From IMG/VR virus record IMGVR_UViG_3300033463_005796: 64,000 bases of DNA. One strand, given 5' to 3'. The stretch is from an uncultured virus (IMG/VR IMGVR_UViG_3300033463_005796). Lineage: Duplodnaviria; Heunggongvirae; Uroviricota; Caudoviricetes. Shown here piece after piece: positions 36,918 through 45,785 of this stretch (its first letter is position 1; each line of letters opens with the position of its first letter). The translations under genes and the position numbers were made by a program. The notes under the pieces are model-generated. The model was not told the origin of the DNA. It worked only from the letters and a program-made list of their open reading frames with translations, and ran no database searches.

Positions 36918-37256
36918 AATATCGTTATAACTGATTCACTAATCATAATATACTCCTAATGAAATGCACCTTCTGACAGGTCACTTTGAGGAACTTTGAA
37001 CTTCTGGGCTTATCTCATGCAATTTTTAATAAATAGGATTTTGGAACTAATGACATTATAACTTTTGAACTGCCAATATTTTTAATAACACTTAAAGAAA
37101 CGACAATATTGCTATTGTCATTTCTTTAAGTTATTGAAGCTGTAATCTTTATGTTTCAGGATTATTGAAAATCGGTTTAAAGCATTATTTATCCTGTTGA
37201 AAGAAAATCAGCCACGAGCATCAAATGATGTCACTTTTAGGCTTGTTGTCTGTCAC

Positions 37257-37622
37257 TCAGATGGTTGCTTCAGGCTTTGCTCCAGCACCCTCATTGTCCC
37301 ATGCGACTGGAACAGGAATGGTAGCTGAACCACCTTCAGCTGCAACCTTGACAACACCTACGAGGTCATCATAGGCAGACGGTCCAAAGTAATTTCGGAT
37401 AGCCTCACCACCAGACTTCCGCTCAAGGAGCGTCAGTGCATTCTTGAAACGCTTTCGACCAACAAGCTCACCAACATGCTTCCATGCATTCTGAGCTGTG
37501 CGAGCCAGCTTGACGGCTTCAGGGAGTGGCTTACGGCCACGCTTCTTAGGAGTAGTTTCTTCGTTCATTTTGTTGTTTCCTTTACTTTCTCTTTCCGAAC
37601 AGGCTGAACAGGAATCCAGCAT
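37257..37622 (-). CDS. hypothetical protein with AT-hook-like KKRGRKP
   Basis: likely start MNEET after AAGGAAA. Confidence 0.55.
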   Translation of the reverse strand: MLDSCSACSERESKGNNKMNEETTPKKRGRKPLPEAVKLARTAQNAWKHVGELVGRKRFKNALTLLERKSGGEAIRNYFGPSAYDDLVGVVKVAAEGGSATIPVPVAWDNEGAGAKPEATI

Positions 37623-37759
37623 GATGCTTAGTTTCTTTGATGATTCTCTTCTTCGGCTTGTATGCGGACTTTGTGATTTTACCCATTTTTGTTTGTTTCG
37701 TTGTTGTTTGTTTTAAACTCTTTTCCTTTCTTTGGTTGGTTTGGTTGGTTTGGTTGAGC

Positions 37760-38194
37760 TTAGATCGCAAACGTGTCAGCAAGGACCCAGTAGTTAGGCT
37801 TGCTTTCATCTTCCCAGAACACAGCACCATTCTCATCAAGAGTCTCGATGCTTGCTCCAAAGTATTGGCTAAGATTAGACTTAGATGCACGGACTGAACA
37901 TCCAGTCTTCTCATTCATGATCTCAAGGTAAGTGTAAGTCATAGACTTATGCTTTTCCTTAGTAAGAGTCATCTTGATGTATTCAGGAAGCTTGTAAGTC
38001 ATGATCGGAATCATTCGCTTCCAGATGGCAAACCGACGGGCGACTTCTTCCAAAGAGACCTTTTGCTTGACCCATTCAGTGACAGTTCCATCACGATGCT
38101 TGACAATGTGCTTTTCCATTTGATTAGTACCCCCAAGATTCGTAGTGAGTAGACTTGCCAGGCTTCTCAAGATAAGCATCAGCATAAGATGCAA
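37760..38194 (-). CDS. hypothetical protein
   Basis: likely start MEKHI. Confidence 0.55.
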   Translation of the reverse strand: MHLMLMLILRSLASLLTTNLGGTNQMEKHIVKHRDGTVTEWVKQKVSLEEVARRFAIWKRMIPIMTYKLPEYIKMTLTKEKHKSMTYTYLEIMNEKTGCSVRASKSNLSQYFGASIETLDENGAVFWEDESKPNYWVLADTFAI

Positions 38195-38681
38195 TCCGAA
38201 TGTATGGACGCTTGTCTTCGTAGTATTGAGCTGCTTGGACTCGCTTTACGTCACCATTCTTCTGGTCTTTGATATGGACTGAAAAGCTCTTCACTGGAAG
38301 AAGTGTCCCATCAGAAGGAATATCATACGTGCGGTCTGCAGAGAATGGACCGGTCCCATGGTCATCTAAGATAGGAGGACAGACTTCCTTGATCCTGACA
38401 CTGTTCTTTCCAACCTTCTCAATGACTTGGAAGAAGTCAACATTCGTCTGCTCATATCCCCAAGAGCAAGAGAAGACATCACCGACCTTCACTTTGTCGA
38501 GGATTCCTTCATTGTCAGCTTTGCGCTGAGCAGCACGTTCCTTCCGTTCAGCTGCAAGGCGTTCCTTTCGAGCAAGCACCTTCCGGTTGTGCTCTTCATA
38601 GAATGCCTTTGACTCAGGAGAAAGATAGTCTGGAATCGGCCAAATGCCATGCTTCGTGTAGGGGTTTTTGATTTTGAGCAT
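38124..38681 (-). CDS. hypothetical phage protein
   Basis: VKVGDVFSCSWGYEQTNVDFFQV. Confidence 0.7.
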   Translation of the reverse strand: MLKIKNPYTKHGIWPIPDYLSPESKAFYEEHNRKVLARKERLAAERKERAAQRKADNEGILDKVKVGDVFSCSWGYEQTNVDFFQVIEKVGKNSVRIKEVCPPILDDHGTGPFSADRTYDIPSDGTLLPVKSFSVHIKDQKNGDVKRVQAAQYYEDKRPYIRIASYADAYLEKPGKSTHYESWGY

Positions 38682-38705
38682 TTTGATTTTCCTTTGTTTT
38701 ATGGT

Positions 38706-39023
38706 TTAGAGGCTAACTACTTTGTTGGCTGATAGACGGAATCGTGCACGAGGATTTTCTTTATGGATTCTATCCATCCAATAAAGGAAAGTTCCAACAA
38801 ACTTATTGTCATTTGAAGGCATGTTGTAGCCATAGCTAATGTCACAGCAAGCATAAGAAGGTTCATTGTCTTCAACTTCTCTGTCATTGAAATATGCATA
38901 GAGGTCGAAGAGAATCTTTTCACCTTGGCCAAAATGCTTAATGACATCTTTAGCAGTAGACTTTGTCTTCTGATAAGACATTGTCACACCATAGTTCGTC
39001 GACATAATCCAGTTCTTAAGCAT
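38706..39023 (-). CDS. hypothetical protein (paralog of 46790..47206)
   Basis: shared IHxENPxARF. Confidence 0.6.
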   Translation of the reverse strand: MLKNWIMSTNYGVTMSYQKTKSTAKDVIKHFGQGEKILFDLYAYFNDREVEDNEPSYACCDISYGYNMPSNDNKFVGTFLYWMDRIHKENPRARFRLSANKVVSL

Positions 39024-39108
39024 TAGTTGATTTCCTCTGTTTTATCAGGTTGACAGAATTATTATAACAAGCTGGAAACCTATTAGCAGTCTCTCTAGAT
39101 TTTTATTT

Positions 39109-40251
39109 TCAAGAGGCCTTTTCTTTTGCAAGAGAAACCATCGACAGGAACTCAGACTCGGACAGAAGCTTTGTCCCAAATGCACGCGCACGGCAAGCTT
39201 TGATCGACGTAGAGTTAGGATCAGCCATCACAAGGTATTTCAAGCTTTGTGTCACACTAGTATGGATGTCAAATCCAACAGACCGAGCAAGCTTCTGCGC
39301 ATCTGCACGAGTCATTGTCTCAAGTGCGCCTGTGAAGCAGATAGAGCCTTTATAAGGAACTGTCTTGTTCTGAGGAACTTCTTCTGGCTTGTCAAGCGTA
39401 CTGGCTGCAAGCTCTAGCATGTCAATAGAAGGAGGAGCAGAAGGAGCATCAGCTGCAATAGGCTCTTCAGCCATTGGAGCTTCCGGCTCAACAGGAACCT
39501 GAATCTCCTTCTTTCTGAAGATGATCAAGTTCTGCCCGTATTCAACATGCTTGAACTCAGAATACTCATAGCCATCAGCAATGATCTCACGGAACTTCTC
39601 CTTGCAGACTGCAAGGAACTCATTGCGCTTAGTTGCACGGCACCAGTTCCTCTTCTTCTTGCTGTCAGGAATTGGACCAACACCGACAGTCTGAAAATGA
39701 CGGAACCGATAGAGCTGCTTGTCCGGATCGAACCAAAGCGAATAAGTGTTGTGAACTCCTCGAGAATAGCTGCCTTTACTTTGGTAGTTGTAAGACCATC
39801 CAGTATCAAAGTCAACAATGGCTTTTTCTAGAGGAACTAGTGTGACACGGTCAACACCATTCTTTCGAGACCAAGAAGCATGGTCGTTGTCAAGACAAAG
39901 AAGATGGACATCAGGCGTAGTATTTCCCCAAGAAGTCGGCTTGATGAAGCCATCAGGAAGCTTATAGAACTTTGAATCATTCCCTGAAAGGCCCCCTCGG
40001 AAAGAACGCTCAAACGCTTCACAGTAATTTCGGCCAATCTTTCGAACTTCTCGATTGCCAGCTTCTACCTTGACTCGAACTTCTTCATACTTTCGGATCA
40101 TGGCTTCATGAAGAGCATCAGAGATGTCCTTCGGAAGATACTGCTCTTTGACAATCGGGTGAGAAGTCGCAGCTCCCCAACCGGGACCGTTGTACCACTT
40201 CTCAGTGCAGATCGAGATGAGCTCACCGGGGAATTCAGCTTTGCGTGCCAT
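39109..40251 (-). CDS. protein with C-terminal ligase-type BRCT domain
   Basis: KGSICFTGALETM...ADPNSTS.KAC.AR..GTKLLSE.EFL nearly identical to BRCT of 24938..25771. Confidence 0.8.
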   Translation of the reverse strand: MARKAEFPGELISICTEKWYNGPGWGAATSHPIVKEQYLPKDISDALHEAMIRKYEEVRVKVEAGNREVRKIGRNYCEAFERSFRGGLSGNDSKFYKLPDGFIKPTSWGNTTPDVHLLCLDNDHASWSRKNGVDRVTLVPLEKAIVDFDTGWSYNYQSKGSYSRGVHNTYSLWFDPDKQLYRFRHFQTVGVGPIPDSKKKRNWCRATKRNEFLAVCKEKFREIIADGYEYSEFKHVEYGQNLIIFRKKEIQVPVEPEAPMAEEPIAADAPSAPPSIDMLELAASTLDKPEEVPQNKTVPYKGSICFTGALETMTRADAQKLARSVGFDIHTSVTQSLKYLVMADPNSTSIKACRARAFGTKLLSESEFLSMVSLAKEKAS

Positions 40252-40274
40252 TTGGTTGTTTCCTTTGTTTTGGG

Positions 40275-40607
40275 TTAAGAATCCAGGATTACAAGAATGT
40301 CGTCAATAGCCGACTGAGGATCATAGGTCTCAGAATAAGTTTGACTTGGAGCATCAGACCAAGGATCCCATTCAAAGTATTTTCGAAGGACATCCTTGAT
40401 CGCTTCAACTTTCACAGTGTCATTTCTGTTAGGATAGAACTTCGCGAACAGAAGGTCATAGTTGTCTTTAATGATCTTGACCTCTTCCTTAGACATGTTG
40501 ACTGTATAATCCCGAAGGTAGCAGTCGAACATCTCCTTAGTGACGTCTTCAACAGTCACAGGATCGAAGTTTCCAAAATCGCAGTCAGCCATTTTGTTTC
40601 CTTTCAC
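40275..40607 (-). CDS. hypothetical protein
   Basis: acidic ORF in early block. Confidence 0.55.
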   Translation of the reverse strand: MKGNKMADCDFGNFDPVTVEDVTKEMFDCYLRDYTVNMSKEEVKIIKDNYDLLFAKFYPNRNDTVKVEAIKDVLRKYFEWDPWSDAPSQTYSETYDPQSAIDDILVILDS

Positions 40608-41018
40608 TTAAGCAGTTTCAACAGCGTAAGCATTGCACTTGACGGTTGTATGGACTTCAAGTGGACGGATGAACCAGTCAACCTGACCACCTGAATCTCC
40701 AGGAAGCTCATATTCTTCAACAAACCGTTCAATGATCTTGGGATCGACAGAAGGAACATAGCGGGTGTACCAAGAAGAATCCCACTCACCACGAACAAGG
40801 ATCTTGCACCAAGTCTTGCCCTCTTCTTCGTCTAGAGGCTCATAGCAGAACCCCATAGACTTAATATGGCCATCAGTGAAGAAATCACGCATAACTCCAT
40901 ATCCACCGATCTTGTTAGGATCATTGAGGAAGTCTTCATACCACTTGATGCAGCGAGCTTCCTGTTCAGGAGTATGGTCAGCGACTTCTTTGACGAACTT
41001 CCAGCAGTAGAGTTTCAT
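40608..41018 (-). CDS. hypothetical protein
   Basis: first gene after class I promoter. Confidence 0.6.
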   Translation of the reverse strand: MKLYCWKFVKEVADHTPEQEARCIKWYEDFLNDPNKIGGYGVMRDFFTDGHIKSMGFCYEPLDEEEGKTWCKILVRGEWDSSWYTRYVPSVDPKIIERFVEEYELPGDSGGQVDWFIRPLEVHTTVKCNAYAVETA

Positions 41019-41110
41019 GGTTGATTTTATTTGTTGGTTTGTTTTATTTGGGTGATATAATTATTATAACAAACTGAAAATCTTTTGGCAGTCTCAATTA
41101 AAAATAATTT

Positions 41111-41425
41111 TTATCCATCAAGTGCCGATTTAGCGAGGTATTGAAATCTGTCCCATGCAGCATTTGCTCGATCAATATCTCCAGGACAAATGTCAATGGC
41201 TCCAAGCATGTCAAGATATTCGATGTCAGCGCTCTTTGCCATTCTCTTAAAGTCTTCATCAGTCTTCCCTGGAAAATGATTGTTGCACCACTCTTCAACA
41301 TCGTGGTTGATCTTGACAAGGTCTTCATATGTCATAGTGTTTCCTTTGTTGCTAGTTGTTCTCAGCAGCGTCTTCAAGCTGGTTGCAAAGTGAATCCCAA
41401 TAGTCTTGGCCATAGTAAGCCACAA
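41111..41425 (-). CDS. hypothetical protein
   Basis: likely start MTYED. Confidence 0.5.
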   Translation of the reverse strand: MWLTMAKTIGIHFATSLKTLLRTTSNKGNTMTYEDLVKINHDVEEWCNNHFPGKTDEDFKRMAKSADIEYLDMLGAIDICPGDIDRANAAWDRFQYLAKSALDG

Positions 41426-41555
41426 TTGGGCCTTTAGCTTCTTCCTTGTTCAGCCACTCAAGTGCTGCACACCAGAACTTGCCTTCAACAAGCGAATTGA
41501 ATGTGTCAATCGCTTGGTTGGCTTTGGTCAGGATGTTCTTCCAGTCTTTAGCCAT
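41352..41555 (-). CDS. hypothetical protein
   Basis: first gene after class I promoter. Confidence 0.55.
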   Translation of the reverse strand: MAKDWKNILTKANQAIDTFNSLVEGKFWCAALEWLNKEEAKGPIVAYYGQDYWDSLCNQLEDAAENN

Positions 41556-41646
41556 GTTGATTTCCTTTCAGGTGGGTGACAATATTATTATAATAAAAAA
41601 CTAAATTTTTGGCAGAATTATTTTTATCCGCTAAAAATTTAGTAAA

Positions 41647-41738
41647 AAGAGTGGCGGTCTAACTGTTGAACCTACTGCCGGGTATCGTTAATTGATTGGT
41701 CCGGCAGGCTGGATTTGCACCCGCAACGTCCACCTTAT
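41647..41738 (-). tRNA. circularly permuted Ile-like tRNA (anticodon reconstructs as TAT)
   Basis: 3' half 41738-41697 (ATAAGGTGG...CTGCCGGACCA) precedes 5' half 41681-41647 (CCGGCAG...CCACTCTT). Confidence 0.75.
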
Positions 41739-41813
41739 TGGAGCGGCATATGGGATTTGAACCCATGTGATTAGCTTGGAAGGCTAGGACCCGAACCACT
41801 AGGCCAATGCCGC
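41739..41813 (-). tRNA. tRNA-Gly(TCC)
   Basis: CTAGC-CTTCCAA-GCTAA, U73. Confidence 0.9.
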
Positions 41814-41822
41814 ATCTTTATT

Positions 41823-41904
41823 TGGTGCCGAAGGTGGGACTTGAACCCACACGCTTTCGCGGAGCATTTTGAGTGCTCTGTGTCTGCCATTCCACCACTT
41901 CGGC
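41823..41904 (-). tRNA. tRNA-Leu(CAA)
   Basis: GAGCA-CTCAAAA-TGCTC, long variable arm. Confidence 0.92.
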
Positions 41905-41938
41905 AAAGTATATTTTACTTACTTTCGTAAAAGAAAAA

Positions 41939-42060
41939 CAAGACGCATTTGTTACGTTACTCTATCAACTGAGCTACAGTCTCGATTTGGCGAGACTGGT
42001 GGGACTCAAACCCACGACCAACGGGTTAATAGCCAAGTATGTTTTGCTGTATGCGTCTTT
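41939..42060 (-). ncRNA. CAGCAA-stem RNA copy E with permuted tRNA domain (YrlA-like architecture)
   Basis: AAGACGCA-TACAGCAA...TGCGTCTT enclosing T arm, CAGTCTCG-CCAAAT-CGAGACTG acceptor hairpin, D arm. Confidence 0.8.
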
Positions 42061-42128
42061 AAATTATTGGAGGAACCTCAAGACCAATCACTCGTTGGTA
42101 TTTGTAAGACTCATTGTTTCAGGTTCTT

Positions 42129-42202
42129 TGGTGGTGCTCCGAGCCATATTTCAGGCATCTCCCCGGCGGGTGTTCTTAGTTTCCTTGAACTATCGGAACA
42201 AC
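42129..42202 (-). ncRNA. tRNA-like RNA with stunted anticodon arm
   Basis: TGTTCCGA/TCGGAGCA, GTTC/GAAC D arm, CCC-GCC-GGG, CCA end. Confidence 0.65.
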
Positions 42203-42404
42203 AGTGTTTGCGCTCACACAATTGAGGGCATACCGTTTAGCCCTTACCTTTTGGTTTGATCTTTGCCCGAAGGCGAATCTTCAGAGAGGCCTAACTCAAT
42301 ACAATGGTTCTGCGTATCTCATTCTCAGCATTTTCGTCTAGCATGCGCAGCCCGCTATCTTCTATGCTGTCAGTCCACCCGGACTGAATCATGAGGCAAA
42401 GTCT

Positions 42405-42614
42405 TTATCGAGCAAGCTTAGCTTCCCAAGCAGAACGATGCTGGTTGCGAAAGATCGCATTGTCAGTGACTGCAATTTCCTTCAGGCCGCGGCCAGTCTC
42501 AGTACGAGACTCATGGAGATAGATAGTGAATCTTGCTTGGCGAGTAGCATAGATGTTGACATTGTCTGGATCAATGTCATATGAACGATGTGAGATTTTA
42601 TCGTAGAGTTTCAT
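42405..42614 (-). CDS. hypothetical protein
   Basis: first gene after promoter; N-terminus resembles 30341..30583. Confidence 0.55.
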   Translation of the reverse strand: MKLYDKISHRSYDIDPDNVNIYATRQARFTIYLHESRTETGRGLKEIAVTDNAIFRNQHRSAWEAKLAR

Positions 42615-42908
42615 GTGTTTTGTTTGTTGTTTGTTGCTTTGTTTGATTATATCATACCAAGACTCAAGTCAATTGGCAGATATTTTGAAAAATTATTTGT
42701 TGAGTGTGAAAGCGGTATGGAGTGGAAGATACTCTTCAGGATGCGCCTTGTTGTACTCAGCGACCTTCTCCTTCAGATCCTTCTTGCATTCAGCGTCAAT
42801 CCGAATGTAATCAATGAAAGGACCAGCTTTCTTATGTCGTGCAATAGTGTAGTGCTTCATGTTTATATTTTACCTTGTTGTTTGTGTTGTTTGAAATGTT
42901 TTTAATCT

Positions 42909-43196
42909 TTAATGCAAGCTTTCAAGATGCTTAAGTGCTTCCTTTGCAGCTTCAACTGCACGATGACAAGCCCATTCAGAAAGTGGTGACTTGCCATCTC
43001 TGACATCTAGAAGGATAGCTTTCTTAAGGTCATTGGGACCAGGACCACTGAAGAACCCCTTAGAGATCGAGGGGAACTTATTGCCATTGATGATCTTCTT
43101 CAGCTCACTTTTCTGAAGGGCAGAAATCTGAAAGTCAAGATATTCATTCACTACATTCTTCATGTAGGTGTCAAAGTACTTTTCAACTCTAGTCAT
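42909..43196 (-). CDS. hypothetical protein
   Basis: ORF with GAGG RBS. Confidence 0.55.
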   Translation of the reverse strand: MTRVEKYFDTYMKNVVNEYLDFQISALQKSELKKIINGNKFPSISKGFFSGPGPNDLKKAILLDVRDGKSPLSEWACHRAVEAAKEALKHLESLH

Positions 43197-43205
43197 GGCT
43201 TTTCC

Positions 43206-43748
43206 TCACTTGATTCGAATGAGAGAAACTTTCTCCTTGATTCCATTCTTGCGATTCTCTCTTGAGCAAGACCTGCAACTGTAGTTGCTCGGATTCCTGA
43301 CACATCCAACATACCGATGGAAACCCCAGACATGGCCACACTTAGGGCACTTCACAATGTATTTGTATGCGCCGTTGATCTGGTCATTAGTCATCTTCTC
43401 TTGGCAGTCAGTGCATCGAGACACATGGTACTTGTCAGGGAATTTCTCATTGATCTTAGCCGCGAATGACTTGAACAGCTTACGATGCCCCCATGCTCCA
43501 GCACAATGGCACAGCTCATGGATCATCGTATTCAAGATAGCGTTCTCAGACGTGAATCCACATAGAGTGTAGCTAAGCTTGATGATGTAGTCATAGTCTC
43601 CACTGTAGTCTTTCTGGCAATATCCCCAGTAGCTTCCAATCTTCTGATGGTAGAGAACACCAATCCGAAAGCGTGGAGGAACAGGGACTCCAGCAGCTAC
43701 AGCATCTGCATAAGCTTCATTGAAAAGCTCAGTAAGTGGACGAGCCAT
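43206..43748 (-). CDS. SprT-like zinc metalloprotease
   Basis: WGYC, TMIHELCH..G..GH, CPKC and CRSC zinc ribbon. Confidence 0.85.
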   Translation of the reverse strand: MARPLTELFNEAYADAVAAGVPVPPRFRIGVLYHQKIGSYWGYCQKDYSGDYDYIIKLSYTLCGFTSENAILNTMIHELCHCAGAWGHRKLFKSFAAKINEKFPDKYHVSRCTDCQEKMTNDQINGAYKYIVKCPKCGHVWGFHRYVGCVRNPSNYSCRSCSRENRKNGIKEKVSLIRIK

Positions 43749-43771
43749 CTTAAGATCTCCTGTTGTTGGTT

Positions 43772-44083
43772 TTAAGCATGGAAAGCGCCAATCCAATAGA
43801 CGCCTTTTGCATAGAGCTCATTAGCCCGCTTGTAAAAAGACTCATCATCCTTGAAGCATTCAATGTCAGAAGGCCGAAGCTCAATGTCAAGCCGCTCCTT
43901 GTTCCGGCAATGCTTGCCGCGATAAGTGGCGGCATAGATCACGTGAGCGTACTTGCCCTCCTTCAAAATACGAGAAGCAGCATCACTCGAAGTTTCAGGC
44001 CGCTTCCATCCTTCAAGGTTGTACCAGCTCCTCGGAAATCCGAGACGAGCAAGCATGTTGAGAGTTGTTCCAAGTCTGCGCAT
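43772..44083 (-). CDS. hypothetical protein
   Basis: first gene after class I promoter. Confidence 0.55.
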   Translation of the reverse strand: MRRLGTTLNMLARLGFPRSWYNLEGWKRPETSSDAASRILKEGKYAHVIYAATYRGKHCRNKERLDIELRPSDIECFKDDESFYKRANELYAKGVYWIGAFHA

Positions 44084-44164
44084 GGTTGTTTAGTTTGTTT
44101 GGGGTTGACAGTATTATTATAACAAACTGGAAATCTTTTGGCAGTCACATTGAAATTTTATTTT

Positions 44165-44455
44165 TCAATGCTCTTCAGCCCAGACCCAAGTTCCAGTAGT
44201 CTCATCATAGATGACTTCATCTGCAAGCTGCGGTTCTCCAAAAGAGATATGGAACCTGTCAGCAGGGTCTTCAGGAGTGGAGTACTTTGCGCAAGTTCCA
44301 CCCTTCTCGATGTCATACAAGTCTTCTACAATCATTCGCTGCGCCTCATCAGGAGACTCAGCAATTGCAGTCCATGGCTCAACCTTAGGAAACACGTCTA
44401 GGTTAGGGTTGGGAGAAGTGTCGAAGATTGTCACGTTGTAGAGGTACTGGTTCAT
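44165..44455 (-). CDS. hypothetical protein
   Basis: ORF in early block. Confidence 0.55.
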   Translation of the reverse strand: MNQYLYNVTIFDTSPNPNLDVFPKVEPWTAIAESPDEAQRMIVEDLYDIEKGGTCAKYSTPEDPADRFHISFGEPQLADEVIYDETTGTWVWAEEH

Positions 44456-44461
44456 GTTAGT

Positions 44462-44674
44462 TCAGCTCCAAAGGTTGTAGACTGTCCGTGTAGAAGAGCA
44501 TAGAGTAGTCTTGTCATACCCGATTGCCTTCTGATGGTTTGCTGCAATGTGCATTGCTTCAACAACGCTGTCAGCATAGAGTGTCTGGTAAAGTGACTTA
44601 CAGTCCTTCTTTGAATAGCGGACTTTGACTTTGAAGGACTTATGCCAAGGATTGCTTCTCATTAGATGCCTCAA
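44462..44674 (-). CDS. hypothetical protein
   Basis: ORF in early block. Confidence 0.45.
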   Translation of the reverse strand: MRHLMRSNPWHKSFKVKVRYSKKDCKSLYQTLYADSVVEAMHIAANHQKAIGYDKTTLCSSTRTVYNLWS

Positions 44675-44976
44675 ACTACAACAATGTGATAGCCACTGTT
44701 CTTCTTAGAATTGTCAAAAATGCAACTGTAGATCGATCCTTGGCAATGGACTTCATAGTTCCACCATGGAAGCTCAGGATCAAATCCGGTAGCTTCATGC
44801 AGATATTCCTTAGCCTTCTTCACAAGCTCATCTGCGACATCGAGGTCTACAAGCTTGTTCTTGGTAGGAGCATTCCTACGGTAACGAAGCTTGAAGATGC
44901 GCTTTCTGCCCTCTTCACCTTCAAGCCCATGAGTTTCATCATTGATGTAGACGTAGTAGTTAGCTTTCATCTTCAA
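44671..44976 (-). CDS. hypothetical protein
   Basis: ORF in early block. Confidence 0.55.
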   Translation of the reverse strand: MKMKANYYVYINDETHGLEGEEGRKRIFKLRYRRNAPTKNKLVDLDVADELVKKAKEYLHEATGFDPELPWWNYEVHCQGSIYSCIFDNSKKNSGYHIVVV

Positions 44977-45069
44977 GCCTCTGTGCGTTGCCTCTGTTCA
45001 TTGACTATGGTTAGTCGGCAGATGCGCACCCCCTGCCGAATGCCTTTGCGCTTGCTTGGGAAATTGCTT

Positions 45070-45474
45070 CTACAGGTAAGAAGCCGCGAGATCAGCGTAC
45101 TTGGCAGCAAGGCCAGCATAGCGCTTGACCTGAGCAACGTAGTCAGTCTCACCAAAGGTGTACCGCTTCCCGTGCTGGAAGAGACGCAGCTCCTCGCAGA
45201 AGGATTCAAACTCAGAACCCTTGATGTAGTAGTGAGTCTTGCCATCCTTCAAGATGATGACATTGTAATTGCTGCCTCTCATCTTATCCAAGGTAGACTC
45301 CTTAATGCTGAGCTTCTCCCAATCAGGCTGAAGGATGTTGTCAACATCATCAAACAGCTCGAAGGGAATGATGAATGTCCGCTTAGCGATAGGATCGTAG
45401 AACTTTGCAGCACGATCGGACTTTGCAATGTCGATGTATTCCATTTGGTTGTTTCCTTTGTTTGTTGTTAGCAA
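45070..45474 (-). CDS. hypothetical protein
   Basis: likely start MEYID. Confidence 0.55.
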   Translation of the reverse strand: MLTTNKGNNQMEYIDIAKSDRAAKFYDPIAKRTFIIPFELFDDVDNILQPDWEKLSIKESTLDKMRGSNYNVIILKDGKTHYYIKGSEFESFCEELRLFQHGKRYTFGETDYVAQVKRYAGLAAKYADLAASYL

Positions 45475-45785
45475 TCGTAAGCTTCTTTGAGATTTCGCTT
45501 CAGCTCAGTAGCTTCCTTCCAAGAAATATAACTAGCAGCTTTGTTCTGGAAGACGGTCCGTCCAGTCTTTCTTTCGAAGACCCAGAGATTGACGTCGTAC
45601 TTTGCCTTTTCCATTCCATAAGGATCGGCGGGCGACACCTTGATGATGTCAATTCGAACTTTAGTAGGTTTAGCCATTTGATTTCTCCTTGTTTTAGAAG
45701 CTCCAGTCGTAGTAGTATTCAGCATGCCCCATGGCAAAACGGTTTCCCCAACCCTTGCCATCATATCCCTTAGAGTACCAGCCAT
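45468..45785 (-). CDS. hypothetical protein
   Basis: likely start MAKPT after AGGAG. Confidence 0.5.
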   Translation of the reverse strand: MAGTLRDMMARVGETVLPWGMLNTTTTGASKTRRNQMAKPTKVRIDIIKVSPADPYGMEKAKYDVNLWVFERKTGRTVFQNKAASYISWKEATELKRNLKEAYDC

